Positions 55,870-64,000 of a DNA stretch of 64,000 nucleotides are shown here, piece after piece. A program made the translations under genes and the position numbers. The notes beneath the pieces are model-generated. The model was not told the origin of the DNA, searched no databases, and saw only the letters and a program-made list of their open reading frames with translations. The stretch comes from a bacterium (GTDB lineage Bacteria; Patescibacteriota; Minisyncoccia; Phycocordibacterales; UBA5272), in assembly GCA_023267635.1 (NCBI GenBank), contig JAHFMX010000006.1, forward strand, positions 1,940 to 65,939. The letters are read 5' to 3'. Position 1 is the stretch's first letter. Each line of letters opens with the position of its first letter.

Positions 55870-57771
55870 ATGGCTACTAATATTACAGTTAATGATAAAA
55901 AATTAACAAACGTTGCAACTAATCAAGCAATATGTACTAATTTCATTAGCACAATACGATATGCAAACTTTTCGACTACTTATTATGTAACAGAAGATGT
56001 AGCTCAAATCTCTGTAATCTTTCCAAACTGGTATGTTGATCAAGGTGCCACTCAAACAGAACTAGGCTCCGGTTCAGATATTACAATAGAGGCAAGTATA
56101 GAGTACCCACCAAATGTATTTAACCCATTAACATTTTCTGGTAAAACTATAGGCACCATTCCAAATGGTGAAAATATTGTTGCTGATGCTGTGAGACTGC
56201 GACTACAAAAAGGTGAAAAATTTAAACTAAGAGGCTACTTGGTTACACCTTCAGGAATGCCATTAATAACTACTATTTTCATTGATCCTGAAGGAACTCT
56301 ATGTGAAACAAGCGCGACATTATTGACAAATAAAACTTTGGGCGGTGATATAGTCAATACATCTTCTGGTTTTGATTCACAATCTTATGGAAGCGTCGCC
56401 ATATTAGGCTTAGCGTCTGGGCCTAGTGTATATGTTATAGGAACGTCCAGGACTAGAGGCTCATTAGACATTAAGGACCTATCTCTAGGGACTGGTGAAG
56501 TATGCAGAACATTGGCTAATAGCAATATTTCTTTTTGTAATGCAGCCGTCGGCAGTGATGGAATATTCTACTTTTTGAGATCAAATGCTAAAAGAATTAA
56601 ATTACTACAGTACTATAACAACATTGTTATTTCACATGGTGTGAATGATCTTCTTTACTCCCCCGGAGCATTTTTCTCTTATTACAAAGCTGTATTGGAG
56701 TTAATACCAAAAGATATAGCAGTTTTCTTGTGTACAATAGCACCTTGGACTACTTCTACCGATGGATGGGCAACTACGACAAACCAAACTATTACAGCTA
56801 ATGAGCCAAATAGACTAGTATTTAATTCAACCTTAAAAAATGGAAAAATTAAAGGAGTATCTGGGTACTTTGACATAAATGATGCTCAATCAAGTAGCTT
56901 TCTATCTGGTAAATGGGAGCCAGGGGCAACTGATGACGGCATACATGCAAATGGTTTTGGGTATCAATTGCCAGTTTATAGAAAAGCAATAGACATAACA
57001 AAGTTTAAGCCACAAACAAACACGCAAGATAAAATAGAGTTCCCATATACTGAGGTATTCACATTTACATGGTCGTCTGGGGGAGCTAAAACATTAACCT
57101 TTACACCGACATCTGATGCTGGGATAGTCTTTGAAAACTCAGATGGTGTTATACAAAATAATGGGTTTTCTAGCACTGTAAAAAAAGGTGAGAAAATGAG
57201 GATTAAGGCAAAGTATCCAGAATTTATTGGGTATCTTAACTTCAATTCAAAAGGAGTTATTAGCACTGTATTTCCTAGTCTTACAAAGTACGTTGAACTT
57301 GTATCTTTTGACTGCTCTTCTAACACTATCTCTGGAACAATAGGAACCCTAGATTACAATCCGTTGCTCGTTAACTTTTTTGTACTTCTTAATCAATTGA
57401 CTGGAAGCATACCAAGCTTAACCAAAAATACCTTACTAGGCTCTTTCCAAGCACATTTTAATCAAATATCTGGGGGTATTCCTGATCTGAGTGCTAATAC
57501 TGTTTTAACAACATTTGATGTTCATAGTAATCAACTTACAACTTATGCAGGCGGAACCATAGGGCCTATACTAAGAACATTCAATGCTTCTAGTAACTTA
57601 CTACCTGCTGCTGAAATAAATAAAATACTGGCTGCTTTTGTAGCAGCAAACATAACCACAGGAACAAGAACGCTGACACTTGGAGGAACTGGTAATGCTG
57701 CTCCTACTGGTCAGGGAGTTACAGATAAAGCAACGCTTATAACAGCTGGCTGGACTGTTAGTACTAACTAG
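55870..57771 (+). CDS. SGNH/GDSL hydrolase fused to LRRs
   Basis: VIGTS, HGVND, DDGIHAN; 23-aa LRRs NQLTGSIPSL / NQISGGIPDL. Confidence 0.7.
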   Translation: MATNITVNDKKLTNVATNQAICTNFISTIRYANFSTTYYVTEDVAQISVIFPNWYVDQGATQTELGSGSDITIEASIEYPPNVFNPLTFSGKTIGTIPNGENIVADAVRLRLQKGEKFKLRGYLVTPSGMPLITTIFIDPEGTLCETSATLLTNKTLGGDIVNTSSGFDSQSYGSVAILGLASGPSVYVIGTSRTRGSLDIKDLSLGTGEVCRTLANSNISFCNAAVGSDGIFYFLRSNAKRIKLLQYYNNIVISHGVNDLLYSPGAFFSYYKAVLELIPKDIAVFLCTIAPWTTSTDGWATTTNQTITANEPNRLVFNSTLKNGKIKGVSGYFDINDAQSSSFLSGKWEPGATDDGIHANGFGYQLPVYRKAIDITKFKPQTNTQDKIEFPYTEVFTFTWSSGGAKTLTFTPTSDAGIVFENSDGVIQNNGFSSTVKKGEKMRIKAKYPEFIGYLNFNSKGVISTVFPSLTKYVELVSFDCSSNTISGTIGTLDYNPLLVNFFVLLNQLTGSIPSLTKNTLLGSFQAHFNQISGGIPDLSANTVLTTFDVHSNQLTTYAGGTIGPILRTFNASSNLLPAAEINKILAAFVAANITTGTRTLTLGGTGNAAPTGQGVTDKATLITAGWTVSTN

Positions 57772-57867
57772 CTTTCAGTAGAGCTGTGATATTATTATTA
57801 TTATTATTATTAACTTAGGTGTAAGTTTAGTAGAGTATAAATATTTTTAGATTAGGAGATCAGTACC

Positions 57868-58713
57868 ATGGCAACACCAACTGTAACACTTTGGCCTTCA
57901 GCATCAAGTACAAAGCTGTCCAATATTTTATATGACCTAAGCACTAATACAACAGCCGGTGTGGGCACGTTTGTTGTCCCAAGCAATGTCAGTCTTATCT
58001 ATGTTGATGCTTGTAGTGGAGCCGGTGGCTCAGCCGGTGGACATTCTGCTGACCCAGGCGGTGGTGGTGGAGCCGGTGGATCAGGGCAGTGTGTTAATAT
58101 GTTATCTTTGGCAGTAACACCAGGAAGCACCCTAACATTAACAATCGGCGCAGCAGGAACACCTGGTACAGCAGGCAATGACGGTGCAACTTCAGGAGGA
58201 AACACGACAATAGATGGTGTTATATGGACTGGTTCATCAACGCCAAATTTATTCAAATTAACAGGAGGCATTCTTGCCTCAAAAGGTACTGTTACTAATG
58301 GTGGAGCAGGTGGTTCAGCAGGTAGTTCTTCTGCTGCTGCTGGAGCTACTGGCACTGGCACTGGTGCAAGTGGTGGTACAGTTTCTTCAGTTATTGGAGT
58401 TTTAAATTCGAGAGCTTATTCTGCGGCAGGTGGTTCAGCAGGTGGTGGTGCTACAGGCCCAGGAGCTGGTGGTGCTGGTACTGCTATAGGTATAGCAACA
58501 GATTCCAGTATATTTATTTCTGGTGGTGCAGCATCTGGCACTAAGGGTGGTGGTGCAGCAGGTACTAATTCACAATATGGTAAAGGCGGAGCTGGTGGAA
58601 CTGGCACAACTCCAGGTGGTAATGCTACTGGATATGGATCGTCAGGTGGCGGCGGAAGTGCTACTACAGGTGGTGGTTTAAGTATGCCAGGCTTTGTTAT
58701 GATTTATTATTGA
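57868..58713 (+). CDS. glycine-rich tail-fiber-like protein
   Basis: TFVVPSNVSLIYV..GAGG..GGGGAGGSG..LAVTPG..TIGAAG; ends PGFVMIYY. Confidence 0.7.
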   Translation: MATPTVTLWPSASSTKLSNILYDLSTNTTAGVGTFVVPSNVSLIYVDACSGAGGSAGGHSADPGGGGGAGGSGQCVNMLSLAVTPGSTLTLTIGAAGTPGTAGNDGATSGGNTTIDGVIWTGSSTPNLFKLTGGILASKGTVTNGGAGGSAGSSSAAAGATGTGTGASGGTVSSVIGVLNSRAYSAAGGSAGGGATGPGAGGAGTAIGIATDSSIFISGGAASGTKGGGAAGTNSQYGKGGAGGTGTTPGGNATGYGSSGGGGSATTGGGLSMPGFVMIYY

Positions 58714-58720
58714 GAATTAT

Positions 58721-58891
58721 ATGAAAAAAATTATTTTAATTTTACTATTTATTTCAACAAGCTTAAATGCAAAAACATATTACGTTGATAATAAAATTCC
58801 AACTGATAGTAACACATATAATCCGATAACATATTCGGCAATAGGTGGAACTGAATCAGCATTTAAAACAATTAAATCTCTTAATGCTTGA
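58721..58891 (+). pseudogene. truncated secreted beta-helix protein N-terminus (56 aa)
   Basis: MKKIILILLFISTSLNA-KTYYVD...GGTESAFKTI then stop. Confidence 0.5.
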
Positions 58892-59081
58892 TATACCAAT
58901 TGACCACAGACCACTTGAGTACTCATATCACACAGAGTGTCGTGTTAAGATTGAAGAAAAGGGTTGCGCTATATGCCATGCGGGTACAGAGAAAGGCCAT
59001 ATAAGTGACCGAGTAATATGGGTAAGAAAAAATTGCATTGAAGATTCTGAAATATTAAAACGTATAGGTGAACTAAAATGA
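58884..59081 (+). CDS. small Cys/His-containing protein
   Basis: Start MLDIPID overlapping upstream stop; CAICH motif. Confidence 0.45.
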   Translation: MLDIPIDHRPLEYSYHTECRVKIEEKGCAICHAGTEKGHISDRVIWVRKNCIEDSEILKRIGELK

Positions 59082-59383
59082 TAACTCCAGCAGTAGCAGC
59101 ACTAATACTTAACTCTTTAGGTTTTATAAAAGCTTTGCACAAAGGTGAAGAAATTGAACACAAAGAGGTGTACAAGAACACCCAGTCTTTGATGAACATG
59201 ACGTTATTTTCTCTTTGGGTGGTGTCCCAGGTATTTCCTGGGCTTGGCCTTGATGAGGGCACAGAAAACTCAATTGCCTCTGGTTTAGTTGCAATAGTCA
59301 CTGTCTATAACACATGGTGCACCAATGCAACAAGCAAGAACGTAGGACTTGGTGCTATACCAGTGAAGTCAGAAGAAGTATGA
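59078..59383 (+). CDS. holin-like membrane protein
   Basis: Hydrophobic segments; C-terminal ATSKNVGL like small phage holins. Confidence 0.55.
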   Translation: MITPAVAALILNSLGFIKALHKGEEIEHKEVYKNTQSLMNMTLFSLWVVSQVFPGLGLDEGTENSIASGLVAIVTVYNTWCTNATSKNVGLGAIPVKSEEV

Positions 59384-59604
59384 CCACACTGGTAGCAATT
59401 AAAGATTTAAAAATGAGATTACATGGAGAATCTTTTTGGAGGGAGTATCACAAAGGTACAGAATTTGGGCTTATGGAGTACTCACAAGAAGAACCAAGAC
59501 CTTTGTATGCACATGTCAGTCTTCCTGATGGTGGTGATTCTTGGGCACCTTTGTTCAACCACGCCAGAAAAGAGCACAAACCAATATTTTTAACGAAGGG
59601 CTAG
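59380..59604 (+). CDS. hypothetical protein
   Basis: ATGA coupling; start MTTLVA. Confidence 0.45.
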   Translation: MTTLVAIKDLKMRLHGESFWREYHKGTEFGLMEYSQEEPRPLYAHVSLPDGGDSWAPLFNHARKEHKPIFLTKG

Positions 59605-59780
59605 AAAAGACAAATGAATAAAGTAGAAGAAACTTTAAAACACCTGGTTCTTAGAGGCCCTACGAAAAGTAGAGTAAACCTGCATAAGAATGCTAATGGT
59701 AGTTTGGACAATGCGTACTCGATTGGAGTTAAGGACGGTAAAATACTTTTGGCTAGAGAACTATTGAAGGAACTTAATAA

Positions 59781-62213
59781 ATGAGTACAATGAATTATGG
59801 TCTTGGTGACGAAGATATAGCAGTTCCAACTTGGGAAGAAGCAGCTAAACCTGATATTGTAGAAGTTATGAAATTTGTTGAGGAGGCTGAGGCTAATGGA
59901 CTTGCACCTGAAGAAGTTTTATCACATGATCAGATGATGGTGTGGGAAGAATTCTTGGCTACAATGAATAGTGCAGAGCAGCCTCTTGAGCACTTTGCTG
60001 ATTTAACTGACTACATTGATAGCGTTGATCACAGTTACTTAGGGGGCTTGGCTTCCGATGTAATCAACTGGGTTATGTGGGACGAGGAAACCAGGAGAGA
60101 TTGGGAGTACCGTGAGGCAGAAGGCATTAGATTACTAGGAGTCTCAGACACACCATTAAGCAAAGCTCTCTTTGAAGGAGCGAGTCAGTTAGTGCACCCG
60201 ATACTAGCAGAGGCAACAATAGACTTCCATTCAAGAATGATGACTGAAATATGGCCTCCTGAAGGACCAGTCAAAGCCATTGTTCTTGGAGACTCAACAC
60301 CAGAACTAGAAGAACAGGCTGATCGTGTTTCAGATTACATGAACTATCAGTACACTGAAGACATGCCTGGTGGGTTTGAAGAAACTGACGCTATGCTGTT
60401 TAGGCTTACGCTTTCAGGTTCTTGCTTTAAGAAAACCTACAATGACCCTCTTACAGGTAAAAACGTTTCTAAGAAGGTAGAGGCTTCAGACTTCATAGTG
60501 CCCTACTCAGCTACAGACTTGGTATCAGCTCCACGCTTCACCCACAGATACCGGATGAATCACAACACAGTACTTAAACATCAACAAGCCGGATACTTCA
60601 CTAAACTTGTTGATGTACAACTGCCTACAACTACCAATGACACAACACAGAAATCCCCTCAACGAAGAGAGATAGATAGCGTAGAAGGGAGCAATGAAGG
60701 TTCTTCTATTGAAGACCCTACACATATTTTAATGGAAATGGTTGTGGACTTGGAAATTCCTGGAATGGAGGACACTGATCCAGTTACCGGTAAACCTACA
60801 GGCATCCTTAGACCCTACTTAGTTATTGTTGATTATGACTCTCAAAAGATTCTGCGAGTCCAAAGAATGTGGGAGCAGGATGATGAGAAGAAAGAAAAAA
60901 TTGTTGAGTACACTCATTTCAGACTTTTCCCTGGCCTTGGATTCTATGGTATGGGTCTTTTGCATTTTATGGGCAATCTGGTACTTGGTGCTAGTGGTTC
61001 GCTAAACAGTTTACTTGACTCAGCTGCATTCAGCAATTTCCAAGGGGGCTACAGATCAAGTGATGCACGAATATCTGGAGATCAGAAACCTCTGAAGCCC
61101 GGTGAATGGCGTGAGCTTAAGAACGTAACCGCAGAGGACTTACAGAAGGCTTTTTTCCGAGTGCCTTATGGGGAGCCTTCAGATGTTTTGTTTGATGTTC
61201 TGAAGTACCTGGATGAAAAAGCTTCAACCAGTTTCCTCTCAGCCGGACAAGTGATGACCGGCGAAGCAAACAACAATGCCCCGGTTGGGACAACCCTAGC
61301 TCTTATTGAGCAAGGCTCCAAGCCATTCAATGCAGTCCACATTCGTTTGCATCGTGCTATGCACGAAGAGTTCAGACGGTTGGCTAATCTTAATGGTAAG
61401 AACGTCCCTGAAGAAGGATACCCATACGCCATAGCAAGTAAGTCTAAAGTTATTTTTGCTGCAGACTTCGATGAAAGAGTCGATGTAATACCTGTTTCTG
61501 ACCCTAACATCATTAGCTCAACACAAAGGATTCACATAGCCCAAGCTGTTTTGCAAGTGGCAGAAGCCCATCCTGATGAAGTTAATATTTCTGAAGCAAT
61601 CAAGGCTTTCTTTACAGCGATCAGAGTGCCTAATGTTGATGCACTTATAGCAGATAACCAAGCAATAAAAGCCAATCAACAAAGAATGGCAGACATTGAG
61701 TATGAAGCCAAGCAGAAGGATATTGCCAAAGTACAGGCTGAGATAAACAAGCTTGAGGCTGAACGTGTACAAGTTACATTGACAGGAATGTACACAGCAT
61801 ACCAGGCGGCGCAAGTTGCCGTACAAGATGCAATGGGCACACCTGCTACGGTTGACCCTAAGACAGGAGTGGTTATTCAAGGGACTGCTCCTGGCCTTTC
61901 AGTTGCTACAGTTGCAGAACAGCTATTTCAAAGTGCCGGTGGTAAAGATTGGAATGGTTCACCACTACTTGATGAGGCACATGCTCAAGCACAACCACAG
62001 CAACCAGTTTTATCAAACTTTGCTCAAACACCTATGCAAGCACAGACAGCAGCTGTTGGTAATAACACAAGTCCAATGTTTCCGGCTAACCCTAAGATGC
62101 CTGAAGTGGGTACACCACCTTCAACAGCTCCTGTGGCAGCTCCTGCAAGTGGGTTAGTTGGAGCTAATGCAGGGATCGAAACACAAAGAGCTGATGGTGG
62201 ACTGAGTGCCTAG
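59781..62213 (+). CDS. portal protein
   Basis: FEGASQLVHPILAEA..F..EIWPPEGPVK..ADRVSDYMNYQ; GSCFKKTY; PGLGFYGMGL; APVGTTLALIE; VDVIPVSDPN. Confidence 0.88.
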   Translation: MSTMNYGLGDEDIAVPTWEEAAKPDIVEVMKFVEEAEANGLAPEEVLSHDQMMVWEEFLATMNSAEQPLEHFADLTDYIDSVDHSYLGGLASDVINWVMWDEETRRDWEYREAEGIRLLGVSDTPLSKALFEGASQLVHPILAEATIDFHSRMMTEIWPPEGPVKAIVLGDSTPELEEQADRVSDYMNYQYTEDMPGGFEETDAMLFRLTLSGSCFKKTYNDPLTGKNVSKKVEASDFIVPYSATDLVSAPRFTHRYRMNHNTVLKHQQAGYFTKLVDVQLPTTTNDTTQKSPQRREIDSVEGSNEGSSIEDPTHILMEMVVDLEIPGMEDTDPVTGKPTGILRPYLVIVDYDSQKILRVQRMWEQDDEKKEKIVEYTHFRLFPGLGFYGMGLLHFMGNLVLGASGSLNSLLDSAAFSNFQGGYRSSDARISGDQKPLKPGEWRELKNVTAEDLQKAFFRVPYGEPSDVLFDVLKYLDEKASTSFLSAGQVMTGEANNNAPVGTTLALIEQGSKPFNAVHIRLHRAMHEEFRRLANLNGKNVPEEGYPYAIASKSKVIFAADFDERVDVIPVSDPNIISSTQRIHIAQAVLQVAEAHPDEVNISEAIKAFFTAIRVPNVDALIADNQAIKANQQRMADIEYEAKQKDIAKVQAEINKLEAERVQVTLTGMYTAYQAAQVAVQDAMGTPATVDPKTGVVIQGTAPGLSVATVAEQLFQSAGGKDWNGSPLLDEAHAQAQPQQPVLSNFAQTPMQAQTAAVGNNTSPMFPANPKMPEVGTPPSTAPVAAPASGLVGANAGIETQRADGGLSA

Positions 62214-62430
62214 TATGAAAGACAAAGTACTTGAAGATTTAATAAGTGAATTGAAAGAAAGGAGAACTGCTGTTAGCTCAAGTATTCTGAAGGGGCGCTT
62301 AAGCTTTGAGGAGTACAAAAGGCAGTCAGGAATTTATTGTGCTATTGATGACACATTGGCAAGCATAGCAGTTAAGCAGGGTTCTGAGTCTACCAGAGAA
62401 GAAAAAGAGTTTGATGATCTAACCTGGTAA
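62206..62430 (+). CDS. conserved small head-module protein
   Basis: G..SFEEYKRQSGIY motif between portal and GroES. Confidence 0.6.
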   Translation: MPSMKDKVLEDLISELKERRTAVSSSILKGRLSFEEYKRQSGIYCAIDDTLASIAVKQGSESTREEKEFDDLTW

Positions 62431-62517
62431 ATCAGGGGGTTTTTCTTTATTGTTAAGAAAAACATGACTTATAATAATTTTGAATAAATACTCTAACTAA
62501 TTTTACATAGGAAATTT

Positions 62518-62913
62518 ATGAATTTTGAAGCTGAAAACGTGCCACTTGAAAAGTTACCTCAACCAGCAGGTTGGAGAATTTTAGTTGCACCGGTTAAGAT
62601 TGAAAAAGTTTCACAAGGCGGGATTGTCCTTGTCGATGATACTACTGAAGCAATGCAGTACTTCAGAAATGTTGGTAAAGTTTTGGCGGTTGGTAGTGAA
62701 TGCTACAAGCATCCAAAGTTTCAAGGTGGCATTGAGCTCACTGTTAAAGAACCGAGAGCCTGGTGTAAAGTGGGCGACATTATCCATTTCAATTCATTCA
62801 ATGGTGCGGACATAGTCCTCCATTATGAAGGGGAAGCGATAAAGTTAAAAATAATGAATGACGATTGTGTATTTTCGGTTATCCCTGATACGGATGTTCT
62901 GAAACTTGTATAA
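62518..62913 (+). CDS. groES: GroES-like co-chaperonin
   Basis: PQPAGWRILV..EKVSQGGIVL..GKVLAVGSECY..WCKVGD..IMNDD. Confidence 0.88.
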   Translation: MNFEAENVPLEKLPQPAGWRILVAPVKIEKVSQGGIVLVDDTTEAMQYFRNVGKVLAVGSECYKHPKFQGGIELTVKEPRAWCKVGDIIHFNSFNGADIVLHYEGEAIKLKIMNDDCVFSVIPDTDVLKLV

Positions 62914-62944
62914 CCTGCAATAAGCAGCGAAAAGAGAGTTTACT

Positions 62945-63778
62945 ATGAATGAAGACGAGGGCTTTGACCCGGTAATAATTGATTCAGACATTGAGCTGGA
63001 TTTTGTTAATGATGAGCTTGTAGATAAGCTTGCAGAAGAAAAGAAAGTTGATGTAGAAGACAAGCCAACTGAAGACGAGGACGACGACAACACCCGGTAT
63101 GGTAAGAAGATTGAAAAGCGTTTTGCCAAGATAACTAAAAGGCACTACGAAGAGATTAACGAGTTGAAGAACCGTTTAACCTCAATGGAGAATGAGAATA
63201 AGGAACTCAAAGCTTCACAACATGCAGACAAGAGAACTCAGGAAGACCTGGACTACTCAGCTAAAGTTAGTGAGCTTTTAAAAAGTAAAAAGGAAGCACT
63301 TGATGTTGGAGATCATGATCAGGTGATTGATCTTGATCAAAAGATCATGGACTTGAAGATTGAGAAGAGTCGAGTGACTCCTCAAGTTGTTGAGTCAAAA
63401 CCTCAACAGAAAGCCCCGTCTAGTGAGGCTTCAGCACCACAAGCTTTGCTGGACTGGGAAGCTGAAAACCAATGGGTTTATAACCCTAAATTGGCTGCTA
63501 AGAAGGCTAAGGCTAATGAATTGCTTAAGTCACTTGTTGCTGAAGGCTGGGAAGTAAATGACCCAGAAACATTTGAAGAGCTTGACAAGAAGTTAGCAAG
63601 AGCTCCAGTAAATCCTTCAACAAGTGTTGATCGAGGCTCCTCTGTGGAGGGCACTGGCACTAGAGAAACCGGGCTATCAAGCACACAACGCAAACTACTA
63701 GCTGGAATGGGTCTGGATGTAAATGATCCAAAAGTAATAGCAAGGTTCAAAAAGAACACTAAGAGGAACGCAGCATGA
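62945..63778 (+). CDS. capsid scaffolding protein
   Basis: Acidic N-terminus, YGKKIEKRFAKITKR coiled coil, WEAENQW, LSSTQRKLLAGMG. Confidence 0.65.
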   Translation: MNEDEGFDPVIIDSDIELDFVNDELVDKLAEEKKVDVEDKPTEDEDDDNTRYGKKIEKRFAKITKRHYEEINELKNRLTSMENENKELKASQHADKRTQEDLDYSAKVSELLKSKKEALDVGDHDQVIDLDQKIMDLKIEKSRVTPQVVESKPQQKAPSSEASAPQALLDWEAENQWVYNPKLAAKKAKANELLKSLVAEGWEVNDPETFEELDKKLARAPVNPSTSVDRGSSVEGTGTRETGLSSTQRKLLAGMGLDVNDPKVIARFKKNTKRNAA

Positions 63779-64000
63779 GCAGGCCAGTAAAGAATTTAAA
63801 TACTTCAAGGGTGAGCAGAGAACAGGAAACACGTTCTTCTGCACCCTTGCATGAAAACTATGATGTGTCGTTAGATGATGACTATGAAGATGATGGTCTT
63901 TTATCTACACGTCGCATACCCGCTAGGGAAGGCTACCACCAAAGATGGGTGCGCACAACAATACATGGGGTCGAGGATTCTTCCAACGTCCAAAGAATGT
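63775..64000 (+). CDS. head-module protein, truncated by window end
   Basis: GAGG SD; IPAREGYHQRWVR motif, seen in genes preceding the major capsid gene in GroES-carrying phages. Confidence 0.55.
   Translation, partial: MSRPVKNLNTSRVSREQETRSSAPLHENYDVSLDDDYEDDGLLSTRRIPAREGYHQRWVRTTIHGVEDSSNVQRM

Noticed and set aside
57999-58607. Pro/Ala-rich antisense ORFs
   Set aside because: Reverse complement of Gly/Ala codons of the glycine-rich gene
1-64000. tRNA genes, integrase/att site, stop-codon reassignment
   Set aside because: No cloverleaf or recombinase motifs recognised by eye; genes are intact and tightly packed under the standard code. tRNAscan and HMM searches were not run

Overview
This window is most of an AT-rich tailed dsDNA bacteriophage genome. 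It opens just after the capsid region and ends inside the gene following the scaffold, so no major capsid gene is visible. (1) 70-28238 (+) is a virion/tail module: adaptor, tail-spike and repeat proteins, nozzle-like protein, internal virion proteins, and a 4009-aa large polyvalent protein with PPase-like, zincin, LPD23, GNAT-like, two ART-like and LPD38 domains. (2) 28235-46000 (-) holds early/replication genes: SNF2 helicase, two Rha proteins, KilA-N, VRR-NUC, TraR/DksA, PD-(D/E)XK nuclease, family A DNA polymerase, SSB-like protein, a J-domain protein and many small ORFs. (3) 46295-64000 (+) holds an RHH regulator, a D5-like primase-helicase followed by an origin-like palindrome/A-tract region, TerS, intein-containing TerL, GH108 endolysin, SGNH-LRR and Gly-rich cargo genes, portal, GroES and scaffold. 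I recognised no integrase, tRNA, rRNA or CRISPR array. The most unusual observations are: small SD-led ORFs overprinted in the +1 frame inside the giant polyvalent gene, two of them directly before enzyme-like domains (candidate built-in antidotes); an identical 14-nt sequence at domain junctions of that gene; a TerL mini-intein with an antisense NUMOD4-HTH gene in its endonuclease slot; a two-hairpin leader RNA with complementary loops before a Rha gene; and two unannotated paralogous GFHY-motif membrane peptides. All calls come from motif recognition by eye; no database search was run.
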